Below, in pieces: positions 34,802-46,672 of a stretch of DNA of 64,000 nucleotides. A program made the position numbers and the translations under genes. Source of the DNA: Piromyces finnis finn (lineage: Eukaryota; Fungi; Neocallimastigomycota). Position 1 is the stretch's first letter; each line of letters starts with the position of its first letter. The stretch covers positions 248,001 through 312,000 of the forward strand of contig MCFH01000025.1 in the NCBI GenBank assembly GCA_002104945.1, read 5' to 3'. The notes under the pieces are model-generated. The model did no database searches and had not been told where the DNA came from. It worked only from the letters and a program-made list of their open reading frames with translations.

Positions 34802-35545
34802 GTAAACTCAATATCATTTAAAAATACTCAATGATAATCAATAATAATATACATGAATCAAAATAAATAATAAAGAATATAAATTGTAAGTTAATAAAAA
34901 ATTATTAGTTTTCATTTGTAGTACTATAAAATAATATAAAAAAGAAATTAAATATAAAAATAATAAATAATAAAATTATAAAACGGTTTTATTATTTGTA
35001 AATAAAATATAAAAAAAAATTAGAAAATATATATATAAAAAAAAAGAATCAAAGTAAATAAATAAGTAAATTAAAAAAAAAAAAAAACAAAGAAAAAAAT
35101 TGAATATATATAAAAGTATAATATATTAAAAATATTGCTTTTATATCATTTTTCTTATGTTGATTAGATGATCATGTTTATCGGGGTGACTATTGATGCA
35201 AAAGTAATAATTAAAATACTCAATATTGGTTAACAAAATATTTTATATTTAGTGATATTCGTAGTAAAATTTTATAATTATTTATTTTATATTTTCAATT
35301 TTTTCAATTATAATAGTAATAATAATGTTGAAGACGATAATTGATAGTAGTTATTTAAAAGACAGTAGTAATTCTATTTCTTTAAATTTTTTTTATTTAT
35401 ATGGTTATTTTTAGTTTAAATAATAATAATATTAGTTGTAATAATTTTAATGATTTTAGTAAATATTGATTTTAGTAATAATTATAGTTTTATATAAAAA
35501 ATTATTTCTATTCTTTATTTTTTTTTTTTGATATAAGAAATGAAA

Positions 35546-36072
35546 TGTTAAGGCGTTTCCTTAGCATACATAAGGCTTCTGGTTCGACCCCGCAGATGTC
35601 AGTGCCTGTGGATTTTCCCACTGGGTTTGCCATGGGTTGGGTTATGATATTCAGGTAAGTATAAATGAACTTTCTAATTTACTACTATGATAATAACACT
35701 CGTCTAGCCGGCCTGAGAGGGTCTAGTGTACATGGTACATTACAAATTAGAACTTAATAAGTGGTGACTTAGGCTATGCCAAAAACACATAATATTCCTT
35801 AATCAATTTAAGTGTAAACATTAGGGCGGTTGACACGTGATCAAATTGACTATAAGAGGCTTAGCATTGTAGTTGTGAAATATCGTACAACGACATGAAT
35901 CTAATGTACATGGATTAAGTGAGCGTCGAAGCTGAAGAAACAGTATGACAGAGGGTCACAACCACCTAGCAATAGGAATGAGCCAACGTTTCTCTAAGAA
36001 CCACCATTGGAGCTAACTCTGATCGATGGGAGAAATGCACTCGGAAGTTAAAAAAAAAAAAAAAAAAAAAAA
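35546..36072 (+). mobile_element. tRNA-Ala(AGC)-derived SINE, 527 bp, 5'-truncated head
   Basis: TSD ATAAGAAATGAAA at 35533-35545 and 36073-36085; poly(A) 36050-36072; head with anticodon loop TTAGCAT, variable loop AGGCT and T-arm TCTGG-TTCGACC-CCGCA (B box) in canonical tRNA spacing; GC-richer than flanks; no ORF. Confidence 0.85.
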
Positions 36073-36666
36073 ATAAGAAATGAAAAGTTTAATAGTAACA
36101 TTGTAAATGTTGAATTAAACCAGCAGGTATTATTGAATGATCCACTGAATTTCGTACTAAAATTATATTTTATATTTATTAATTCGAGTATTTATCATTG
36201 ATGCATGCTTTTTTATCTTTTTTATTTTAATAATCAAAAGATTTTGTATATAATATATATAATGTATATAATGTATATAATGTATATAATGTATATAATG
36301 AATATAAATATAAATTTAAATAAATATTTAATTAGTAGTAAAAGTAACATTAATTTTTATCAATCATTTCTACGAATATTCTTGTTACAAAAATTAATAT
36401 TATTTTATTATTATAAACTTTTGGTTGTTAATAATTATTAAGCAAAAAAAAATTTAATTTAAATTTTTTTAAATTAATGTTACACCAAAAAATAAATCCT
36501 AGCCAATAACTTTTTAGAAAAAAATATTATAAAAGGTAAAAAAAAAGTATCTTTTAATGCTAAAAAACAAAATAAAAAAAAACAATTAACTAATAAATAT
36601 TATTTCTATATTTATACATATAATATATTTTTATATAAAAAAAAAGAAAGAAAATAATTATCAAAA

Positions 36667-37326
36667 ATGAAGTTTTCTATAAAGGTTTTATTTGTTTCAT
36701 TAATTGCTGGAATTAATGCCATGCCTATGGAATCTAAGGAATTTTCACCAAAATGTAAAGCTGCTACGAAAATAATGGATTCTGATATAAAATTTAGAAA
36801 TTGTATTGAAAGTTTAATGGAAGAAAATATAGCTAATCTCTGCCCTAATTGTAAAAATTTAAGTTTTCCAGATGAAATTGAAACAGCTTGTTCTTCTAAT
36901 CCAGAGGATACAGTTTTATTGTACAAAGCTCATTATGAATTAAAAAAGATTAATGATGCAATTGATCAAATTTGTAGTAATCCATCAAAATATATTGATA
37001 CTGATACTCAAGTTTCAACTTTTGATGACAATAGTGCTGTTAATAATGACGCTATTGATAATAAATTAAATAACAATAATTTTGGATCTAATACCAATAA
37101 TGCTACTAATAATGGAGCTACTAATAATGGAGCTACTAATAATGGAGCTACCAATAATGGAGCTATTAGCAATGGAATTTCTGATAATACAGCCTCCACC
37201 AATACAACTCCAGGAAATAATACAGCTACTAATGCTAACAATTCTGATGTTAAATCTTCAAGTTCAAAGTTATCTTATTCTTTAGTTACTGTTTTTGCTT
37301 TAGTTGCTTTTAACTTTTTATTATAA
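36667..37326 (+). CDS. Secreted, probably GPI-anchored Cys6 surface protein, paralog 3 (219 aa)
   Basis: Same signal peptide type, identical Cys spacing, NNGAT repeats, SSSSKLSYSLVTVFALVAFNFLL end. Confidence 0.85.
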   Translation: MKFSIKVLFVSLIAGINAMPMESKEFSPKCKAATKIMDSDIKFRNCIESLMEENIANLCPNCKNLSFPDEIETACSSNPEDTVLLYKAHYELKKINDAIDQICSNPSKYIDTDTQVSTFDDNSAVNNDAIDNKLNNNNFGSNTNNATNNGATNNGATNNGATNNGAISNGISDNTASTNTTPGNNTATNANNSDVKSSSSKLSYSLVTVFALVAFNFLL

Positions 37327-38421
37327 GTAAATTCAGTATCGTTTAAAGATACTCAATAATATCATACTTAATAATATATAGATAGTAAATAAATAAAGGC
37401 ATTAATCTCTTGGCTAATATTATACTCTAAATAAAAAATTAAGAGTAAAAAATTGAATATTAAAATAGTAAAATAATAAAATAAAGGGGAAAAAAAAAGA
37501 TATTATTGTTTATAAAGAAAATTTATAAATAAAAATATCTAGAAAATATAAATAAATCAAAGTAAATATTTAAATAAAAATATAAAATTAAATAAAAATA
37601 AAAAAGTTATACCAAAATGTTTATTTTATATTTTATGTCCATTCGTTTATTTGGATGATATTACTATATAGTATTAAACATTATATAATTATCTAGGTCT
37701 TAATTTTTTAATATATTTTCATTATAATTATTCCAACATTAGTGAATATCCACAAAATAATAATATGAACAATAGTAATTTTATTTCTTTTAAATTTTGA
37801 TATTTATGTAATTATTTTAACTTTAATCCTTATAATAATTTGTAATAATTTTAATAAGTTAGTAAATAATAATGCGCATAATTAGTATAATTATTATAAT
37901 AGTTGTAGTACAATTAAAAAAAAGCGTATACCTTATGAAGGGAGGAAAAAAAAAAAAAAACTTTAACAATAAAATTTTAAGTTTCAAACAAAACCAGGAA
38001 CATAGGAAGGATCCACAGGATTTCTTTTCAAAATCATGCTTTATATTTATTGATCCAAATATTTTACCATTAATATTTTGATGTTTAAATCTTTATTTAT
38101 ATTATAATTTTTACGGCCATTCACCATTTAAAAATATTATTTTATAACGTTTTGAAACGTTACACTAAAAAAAAATAAATAAAATTAAAATTCTAGCCAA
38201 TAGTTTTGTACAAATAAAATTTTTATAAAAAGGAAAAATTATTATCCTTTTTTTTTTAAAAAAAAGATAAAAAGAAAAGAAATTTAAAAAATTAAAACAA
38301 AAAAAAAAAAAATAAAAAATAAAAAATAAATAAAACAAAACAAAACACTGAATAAAAAAAATTAAATAATACATAATATTATTATTTTTATATATATATA
38401 AAAAGATAATAATTATTGAAA

Positions 38422-39153
38422 ATGAAATTTTTAATTAAAGCCTTATTATTTGTTGCTTTAATTGCAGAAATTAAAGCTGAAGTTAATGTTAGTAATTTAA
38501 CACCAAAATGTACTGAAGCTGTAATGAAATTAAAAGATGATGAAAATTATATGAAATGTATAAAATATATTAATAATGAAGATTTCACTGGTTTCTGCTC
38601 TAATTGTATAAATATAAATTTACCAAACGAAATTGAAACTGCTTGTTCTTCTGATTCAAACAACAAAGTTTTATTTGATTTAAGTATTCAACAATTAACA
38701 ATGCTTAATGAAAACAAAAATAAATTTTGTGATAATCCTATAGAATTTTACAATAGTTTCACTGGCAATGGATTTGGTTACAATAACAATACTTTTAATA
38801 ATAATATCGGCATAAATGATGGTTTCCATGGTAATGCTTTCGCTCAAAGTGATACTAGTGATCATAGTGCCTCTGATAATACTGCTTCTACTAACAATAT
38901 TGGTGTTAATGATGGTTTCCATGGTAATGCTTTCGCTAATAATGCTAATAATGTTAATAAGGATACCACTACAAACAGCACTAACATTAACGATGGTTTC
39001 CATGGTAATGGTTTCGCTAATAATGCTACTTCAAATCTTAGTAATGTTATTTCAGGAAATAGTACCGTTACTGATACTACATCTTCTAGTTTAAAGTTAT
39101 CCTATTCATTAGTTACTGCTTTTATTTTAGTCGTTTTCAATTTCATATTATAA
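38422..39153 (+). CDS. Secreted, probably GPI-anchored Cys6 surface protein, paralog 4 (243 aa)
   Basis: ATG at 38422; identical Cys spacing; three NDGFHGN(A/G)FA repeats; SSSLKLSYSLVTAFILVVFNFIL end. Confidence 0.85.
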   Translation: MKFLIKALLFVALIAEIKAEVNVSNLTPKCTEAVMKLKDDENYMKCIKYINNEDFTGFCSNCININLPNEIETACSSDSNNKVLFDLSIQQLTMLNENKNKFCDNPIEFYNSFTGNGFGYNNNTFNNNIGINDGFHGNAFAQSDTSDHSASDNTASTNNIGVNDGFHGNAFANNANNVNKDTTTNSTNINDGFHGNGFANNATSNLSNVISGNSTVTDTTSSSLKLSYSLVTAFILVVFNFIL

Positions 39154-40034
39154 ATAAAAGTAATTTTTTATTATGGATACAATTAACATAGATTAAAAAA
39201 AAAAAAACTCTAAATATAATAAATAAATAAAACAAACAATATATCATGAAAAAAAAAAAAAAAGTATTAAAATTGATATGTCAATTAGCAACATTTTATT
39301 GATTATCACTTATAAAATAATACCTTAGAGATAAGTAAAAATAGATATTATAAAGTTTTTTATTTTTATTATTTATATAATAGGTAATTCAAAAAAAAAA
39401 AAAAAAAAAAAAAAACATAATCGAAAATACAAACATTTTTTATTTTAATTTATTATACTTTTAATTTTTTATTTTATTTATTTTTTATATATAAAATAAA
39501 TAAATAAATAAATAAATAAAATATAACTATAAAAAAAATATATATAATGATTTTGAATATTATTTTTTCCCCATGTATATATTAAGCAAATGAATAAATA
39601 ATATCTATAAAAAAAAAAAAAAAAAAAAAATTTGAATATCTTAAAAAAAAGTCTTAATATCCCGGTTTTAAAATCTTTTTTTTTTTTTTTTTATAAAGGT
39701 ATATTGAAAATTATATCGATTTTTATTTTTTATTTAATATTTTTTTTTTATTATTATTTTTTCTTTTTATGTAAAACTATATACACATATTTATTGATAA
39801 ATAAAATACAAATACAAATATAATGAATATTGACAAAAATTACTTTATTATTATTATTATTATTATTTTTATAAAACTTTTTTACTCTATTATGATATAA
39901 ATTAATGTATATTTTTAAAAACATAAAATACAATAAAACCAAAAATTAAAAAAAAAAAATTATATATATTAAAGGATCTAAATGAATAAAAAAAAAAAAA
40001 GATTTTTTTATTTAATAAATTATTTATTATTTCT

Positions 40035-42550
40035 TCACCAGTTGAGAGTAAGAATATCTTCTTGATTTTGATTATCATTAAAGAAGGAATTATCTTTAAA
40101 TATGTAGCTTATATTTAAACCTTTTCCAAGAGAGTTATCATCTAAATCAATAGTAATATTGGTTTTAGATAGTTCTGTACTTTTTTCTTCTACAATATCT
40201 TCCAATACCATTTTCATATTATCATCCTCTATGAACTTTGTAGTTGCAGTAGTTACTGTACCACTACTAAGGACACTACTAGCTGATGTACCAACGTTAC
40301 TACTATTACGATTAATGAGTGTTCTACCAGAGACATTTGATACAGTTGATCGTTTAGTTAAATAATTCTTATTATCATCATAACCATCTATAGAACTATT
40401 GGTAGTAATATTACTGCTTAAATCATCTACAGTATTAATATTTTTAACTGTACTAGTACTATTACTAATATAATGAGAATTATTACTATTATGAGAATAA
40501 TTGCAGCTTAAAGATATGGAACTTTCGTTTTCGCTGGAAAAACTACTTTGTTCCGTGGAACGAGTAGTATCACATGTACTACAATAACTAGAATCATAGA
40601 ATTCAGAGTAAGTAGAAGAAGTGTATGGATTTGTTGTTAAGGAATAGGATGCTTCTTCATCTGTTGTAAGGGACAAATCAATTGTTTTTGAGATGCTTAA
40701 TCTTGAATTACCATTTTCATTATTATCAAATTCAAAGTTCTCTTCATCATTTGGAGTACTACTTTGAGGGATACCATCAACATTTTGCATCAATATGGCA
40801 TGTTCGTAAATGTTTGTATTAATATTACTAATCTTGCTTCGATTACCAAAATCACTCATTTTACTTTGATTACCAATATCACTACCAATATGAGAACCAA
40901 TATTAGATCCTGTATAGGCAGATTCTGCATATTTTGATAAATTAAATTGTTCATCAATGCTTCTTGTAGTATTATTATCTTTAAAGAAAGTATCCTCTTC
41001 GGAACTATATTTTTTAAGCATCATTCTATTTCTTAATAAAGATTCCTTCATTGCTCTTTCATGTTTAACGTTTTTATATTTTGCAAAACAGGCAACTAAT
41101 GCAACAATAATTGCTAGTATTCCAATAATAGTTAAAAACATATATAAAACAGCATAAGATTTCAACTCTTTTTTTGGATTTTTAAAAGACTCTGATTTAT
41201 TTATATTATTTATGACATTTTCACTACTTTGAACATTGTTATTTATAGGGTTTCCATTTGAATTACCGTCAATATTGTTATTATTTGTTATTGAATTATT
41301 ATTGTTACCATTATTAGCATTAGCAATTGTATTCGTATTTATGCTATCTGGATTTGGATTTGTAACCATTTGTTCTGCTATTATATTCATTATAGTAGAA
41401 TAAAAATATATATATATAAAAACATATATAAATAATATAAATTTGCATTGAAAATTCGTTAATAATATATATATATTATTTAAATATTTATAAGATTTTT
41501 ATTATACCAGGGCATTCACTAATAGGTGTAGTATTTGGTGTTGTATTACATAAGGTGGCATAATTTGATAGTGATTTTGGTTTACATACATTTGATGGAA
41601 CAACACATTGGAAATTTTTACGAGAAGCCCATGATTCTGGTAATGGCCCCTTTATATTTTCATTAGAATCAACATTTCTAAATTTTAGGATTATTTAATA
41701 GTAAATTATAAAACGAGATGATGATGTAACATAAATTTAGAATAAAAAAAAAAAAAAACCTGTTATTATTAAAATTATGGATATAAATAAATTTAATATT
41801 ATATATTTACATTAATTGTAAATTTAATGGAATATTTGATGGCAATGACCCAGATAATTTATTGTTTGATAAATTTCTATTTATTAATAATACATAAAAA
41901 AAAAGCAAGGAATCAATTAAATATTTATGATATTCTTTTTAGCATATAATAAAAAAAGGTTAGAAACAATTAATTACATTCTTTGTAAGGAGTTACTTAA
42001 TCTTGAAATATTTGATATATCGCCATTTAATTGATTATTGTTTAAATACAGTATTTGTAAATTTCTTAAACTACTGAGAAGATCCCAAGGTATTTCACCT
42101 GATAATTTCTTTCCATTTAAAATACTAGTATTATTATCATCATATTATAAAAAGATATCAATATTGATATCAACAAAGAAAAAAAATTTTAGTATCCCTT
42201 ATTTTACAATATTAAAATGTAATAATATATTATAAAGTTATATATTTATTTTACATTGAAGTAATATGATTATCTGCTACTTGAGAATCGTTTTCACATT
42301 CCCATTCAGTAGTAGCAAATGGACTCATCGAATGAAGCCTTCTCGATTCATAATAACAACAATTGATCATTACTTCTCCAGTAATAAAACCAGGTCTACT
42401 TAAATTGAAATAATCATATATTTTAAGTAAAGTTTGACAATCTTGAGGTATACCTTTTGGTACTTGAACCTCACCAGTATATGTATTAAGATATGATACA
42501 ACTACAGGTATTGATGTCGACAATAAATATGCAAACGTTGTAAATTTCAT
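40035..42550 (-). CDS. Leucine-rich-repeat receptor-like single-pass membrane protein without kinase; 5 exons, ~673 aa
   Basis: Exons 42550-42255, 42124-41978, 41876-41811, 41677-41508, 41377-40035 join in frame via GT-AG introns (2022 nt). Signal peptide, Cys-containing N-cap, LRRs (LNGKKLSGEIP, LRNLQILYLNNNQLNGDI, INLSNNKLSGSLP, INVDSNENIKGPLP), Cys C-cap, N-rich stalk, TM YAVLYMFLTIIGILAIIVALVACFA, S/T-rich tail. The ORF track labels 40035..41390 as + but it reads on the minus strand. Confidence 0.85.
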
Positions 42551-45500
42551 TTTATTTATACTTTGTTATAGATATATAATGTTGGCTTTTTTTTTATCTT
42601 TTTTTTTTTTACTTTTTATGATATATAATTTATTTACGATGATTGTTTATATTATTTATTATTTCTTTTTTAATTTATATTACAATAAAAAAAATTATTA
42701 AAAAAGCTATTTACATAAAATTTATTTTATTTTATTTGTGAATTTGAAATAAGGATACTGATTTTTTATTTATTTAATAACATTAATGGTATTTTTTTTT
42801 TTACTTGTTTATTAAAAGAATTTTTAAAATATTTTTTATTATTTTTAAAAGTAATTTTTATATTATTGGAAATAAATTTTAATTAGATTTGTTATGTCCT
42901 TGACCATTGACACATATTTTTTTGTATATACTTTTACTTTTGTGTATAAATATATATTTTTAGTATATATTTATTCTATTTATTTAAAGTTGCCATAAAA
43001 ATTTTCATAAGGTTTATTTCAATAAATAAAACAGAGTATAGTAATTAAATTTTGTTAAATTTCTATTGTAACGTTTAAAGAAGAAGAAGAAAAAAAAAGT
43101 AAAAAAATAAAAATAAAAATAAATATATATATTGTTATTAATAATAATCAATTATATTAAATAATAATTAATTTTATATATGCAAAATAATAAATATAAA
43201 TAGTATTATTGAAAGGAAAAAGGTGAATGTGAATAATAAAAAAGAAAAGAAAAAAAATGTCACTTTTTTCTTTTATTATATATTATTTAATATTATTTAA
43301 TATTTAGTCGTGGTGAATAATCAAATTTGTAAACATTTTTTAATATATAAATTATTAATTTGATACTATGTTACTTAATTAAATATATTGTAATATATAT
43401 AAAGTCATATATTAATCATAATTTTCTATTATTCAATTATATATTATTAAAAGGTACAAATACCAAAATAGAACTTTTACAAAAATTAACGATTTCTAAA
43501 AGATAATTGGTTATAAAATCATTTATCATCATAATAATTAAAAATATTAAAATTTGTGTTACATTCTAATTAAAGAAACTTTTATATTAAAAAAAGTAAA
43601 GTAAAATTAAAAAAAAAAAAAAGAATTATTATCGTAAAAATAAATATATTAAAGACGTTTAACTATTATTAATTATTATATATGAATTATAATAAACTCT
43701 ATATAATAATATAACAATGTATTATTCTTTATTCATTCAAGAATGTAACCTGTTAAATTAATATCAATTTCTTATAACCCGTTTTCATTAAATACAATTT
43801 AAAATTTATTATATAAAACTTTTCTTTAACAATAAAACAGTTGATATCAATGAAAGATTATTATCAAAGGGATATCAATATTTTTATAAGCTTTCAGAAG
43901 ATATCTGTAAAGCATTAATAGTTTTCCCTTAATAAATCCTTTATTATATATATAGGTATATAAATTAATTTAAAAAAAAATAATAATAATTTTGGTGTTT
44001 TTTTTCTTATTACATCATCCTTTTTATTTTATAAATTTGCTGCTTACATAATACTAAACTTTATTAATCATTTATTTTTTAATAATTCTTATTATAGAAA
44101 GGATTCACCAGATTAACACAGTTTACTTTGACCGCAAATATAAATGTAGTACAAATTATATTAATTAGAGTTTTTAAATCTATATCATAATTTAATTCAA
44201 TTTGCGGCTATTGCTTTTAAAAAATTATTTCTGTAATTATCCAATTTATATTAATTAAAAGGAAAAAAGAAAACTAATTAATAAATTAAAATTAAATTAA
44301 AAAAGAAAATTAAAAAGAAAAAAAAAATTTTTAAATTTCACTTTTTATAACTTTTTTAAAAAACGCCATACTATTTTAATAATGATTTCAATCTATTTTA
44401 ATAATAATAATAATAATAATATATTTTATAATAATATTGATATTATATTGTATAATACATTGTTATTAGATATGTAACGTATTAAAATAAAATTTACTAT
44501 TTAATCCCAACGTTTCTGTTAAAGGTTTAACTCAATATGTACTACAAAATGTAAAAGTGTTAAAAGCAGTCTGAACTTTTTTTATTCATCTGGTAAAGTG
44601 AAGTGGTCATCATTCCATCCATAAATTTTGAATTATTTTTTAATTTAAAATGTTTTAAAAGATACCGTAAAAAGATTAAATTTTTAATTTTTAATACATC
44701 AAAAATATTAATTAAAAAAAGGAAAAACTTTTAGTTTTTCTTTTTAGATATAAAGTTATAAAAAAAAAATAGTATAAGATTTCTGTAATTCATTGATTTT
44801 TGTAATTCATTGCTTTTTGTAATTCATTGTCAGGTATTGCATGGAAAAAAAGTGTGAATTAATAAATTATAATTACAGAATTGGTATTATTATTATGAAA
44901 AGGCATAAAGTGGAATTGAAAAGTTATTTTATTAAAATTTATAAAAAAATTTTTTTTTTTATTTCTCCTTTAATTCTAACTTAATTTTTTAGTTTATAAA
45001 TTCTTTTAATAAATAAAAAAAAATATTTTGTACCGTTTATGATGATATGGAAATACAATTAATGGCAAGAAAGCAATAATAATAAATGTTTAATAATAGT
45101 AAATAACAAATAAGTAATGCCAAATAAAAACAATATATAATGTTACGTAAACTATAGTCAATAAAAAAATAATGTAATAATATGAATTAAACTATTATTT
45201 TATTCATAAATATTATATTTATCATAGTATTAAGGAAGAGCATATAAAACATATAATATGAATGTACAACTTTTTTTTTTTGATAATAAATCAAAGAAAG
45301 GTTTCATTATAATAATACATGGGTTATTATTATTATTTATATAAAATCTGTTTAAACATATAACATTATTTTTTTATCTCTCAAAAGTATATTTATTTAA
45401 TAGAACCAAATAATATAAATTTAATATAATATTTAACTTTACTAATACTTTTGAAACTATAGAATATTGATTGTTATTTCTTCAAAACTTTTTATATATC

Positions 45501-46672
45501 ATAAAACTATCTTTTTTCTTTACTTTTATAAAAGTTATTATTATTATTAAATATTGAAAATATAAAGATGTTTACTTTATTTTTTATTAATCATTTATTA
45601 TAAATTCTAAGATTTTTCTAAATTACAACTTTTACATTTTAAATATTACATAAATTTATGTACAAAATGCATTAATCTATCATTAATTTTATTATAACTA
45701 TTAATGGTTCAATCACCATAAAAGTGTTTTTAAAGGTGATCATAATTGAAGTGCATCATATAATAATAAAAAAAAAAGTGTATCGCTAACTATTCAAGTT
45801 TAATATATATAATTATATAATTATATATAGCCATAAGATTAAATGATTAAAATTACTAATGACTACATTTAATATATTCAATAAATGTTTATGTAAAAAG
45901 CTTTTCTACCGGAAGTATTTCCTGTAATACCCAAGACCATATATAACGATGAAGCATATTTGTCACTAAATGTTTGTCTAAAACATAAAAAAAATAATAA
46001 TCATTTTATATATTTATATACCTTTTCTTCATATATCTAATTCATTTTTTTTTTAACTTTAAATGTAATAAAATCATTACAGGATTATAAAATTTATCTA
46101 AAATACACTATAATTGTTTCACCATTCATAACCTAACAATTATATAATTTAAAGTTTCTATTCATCAATATAGGAACTTTGGTATTAATTAGAATTTAAA
46201 TTTTTGAAAAAATATTTATTAAAGTTTATATTTTAATTTTATATAAATGAGTAAAAAAAAAGTTAATGGCGGAGTATTAAAAAAGTATTATAATAAGATT
46301 TAATTAATTTGGTAAGACTTGAATTATTTAAAAAAAAAAAAAAAAAGAAAGAAAAAAAATAGTGCTACATATTCATTATTTATTTATTATTAGTAGTATC
46401 ATTTTTTTATATTATATTGTATTTTAATACATAATTAAAAATATAGTTTAAAAAAAATTAAAATTAAAATAGAAAGCTTTTATTAAATACAATATTTATT
46501 ATTTAAATATAGTGACAGAAAAAAAAAACATATTTTAAAAGATAATAATTAATGAAAGACTATTTTGGATAATAAAAAGAAAGAAATTATAATTAATAAT
46601 AATATATAAAAGAAAAGATCTTTTTATGCTTGATATATAATAATCTATTTCTATTGATAAATTGCATCAAAA

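Noticed and set aside
35546-35601. Functional tRNA-Ala gene
   Set aside because: 5' acceptor strand and most of the D-arm are absent, the anticodon stem does not pair (TTTCC/ACATA), and it is embedded in a TSD-flanked poly(A) element.
35705-35722. TAGCCGGCCTGAGAGGGT resembles a bacterial 16S rRNA segment
   Set aside because: Only ~18 nt with no flanking rRNA similarity; treated as coincidence unless a search shows more.
40035-41390. ORF track entry labelled + strand, 451 aa, as a stand-alone gene
   Set aside because: The translation reads from the minus strand and is the last exon of the spliced LRR-TM gene.
43730-44160. Possible decayed LRR exons upstream of the LRR gene
   Set aside because: A few LTGYI-like words with stops; no consistent frame or splice pattern.
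45880-45990. GC-richer island with short open frames on the minus strand
   Set aside because: No recognisable motif and could not be linked to neighbouring exons.
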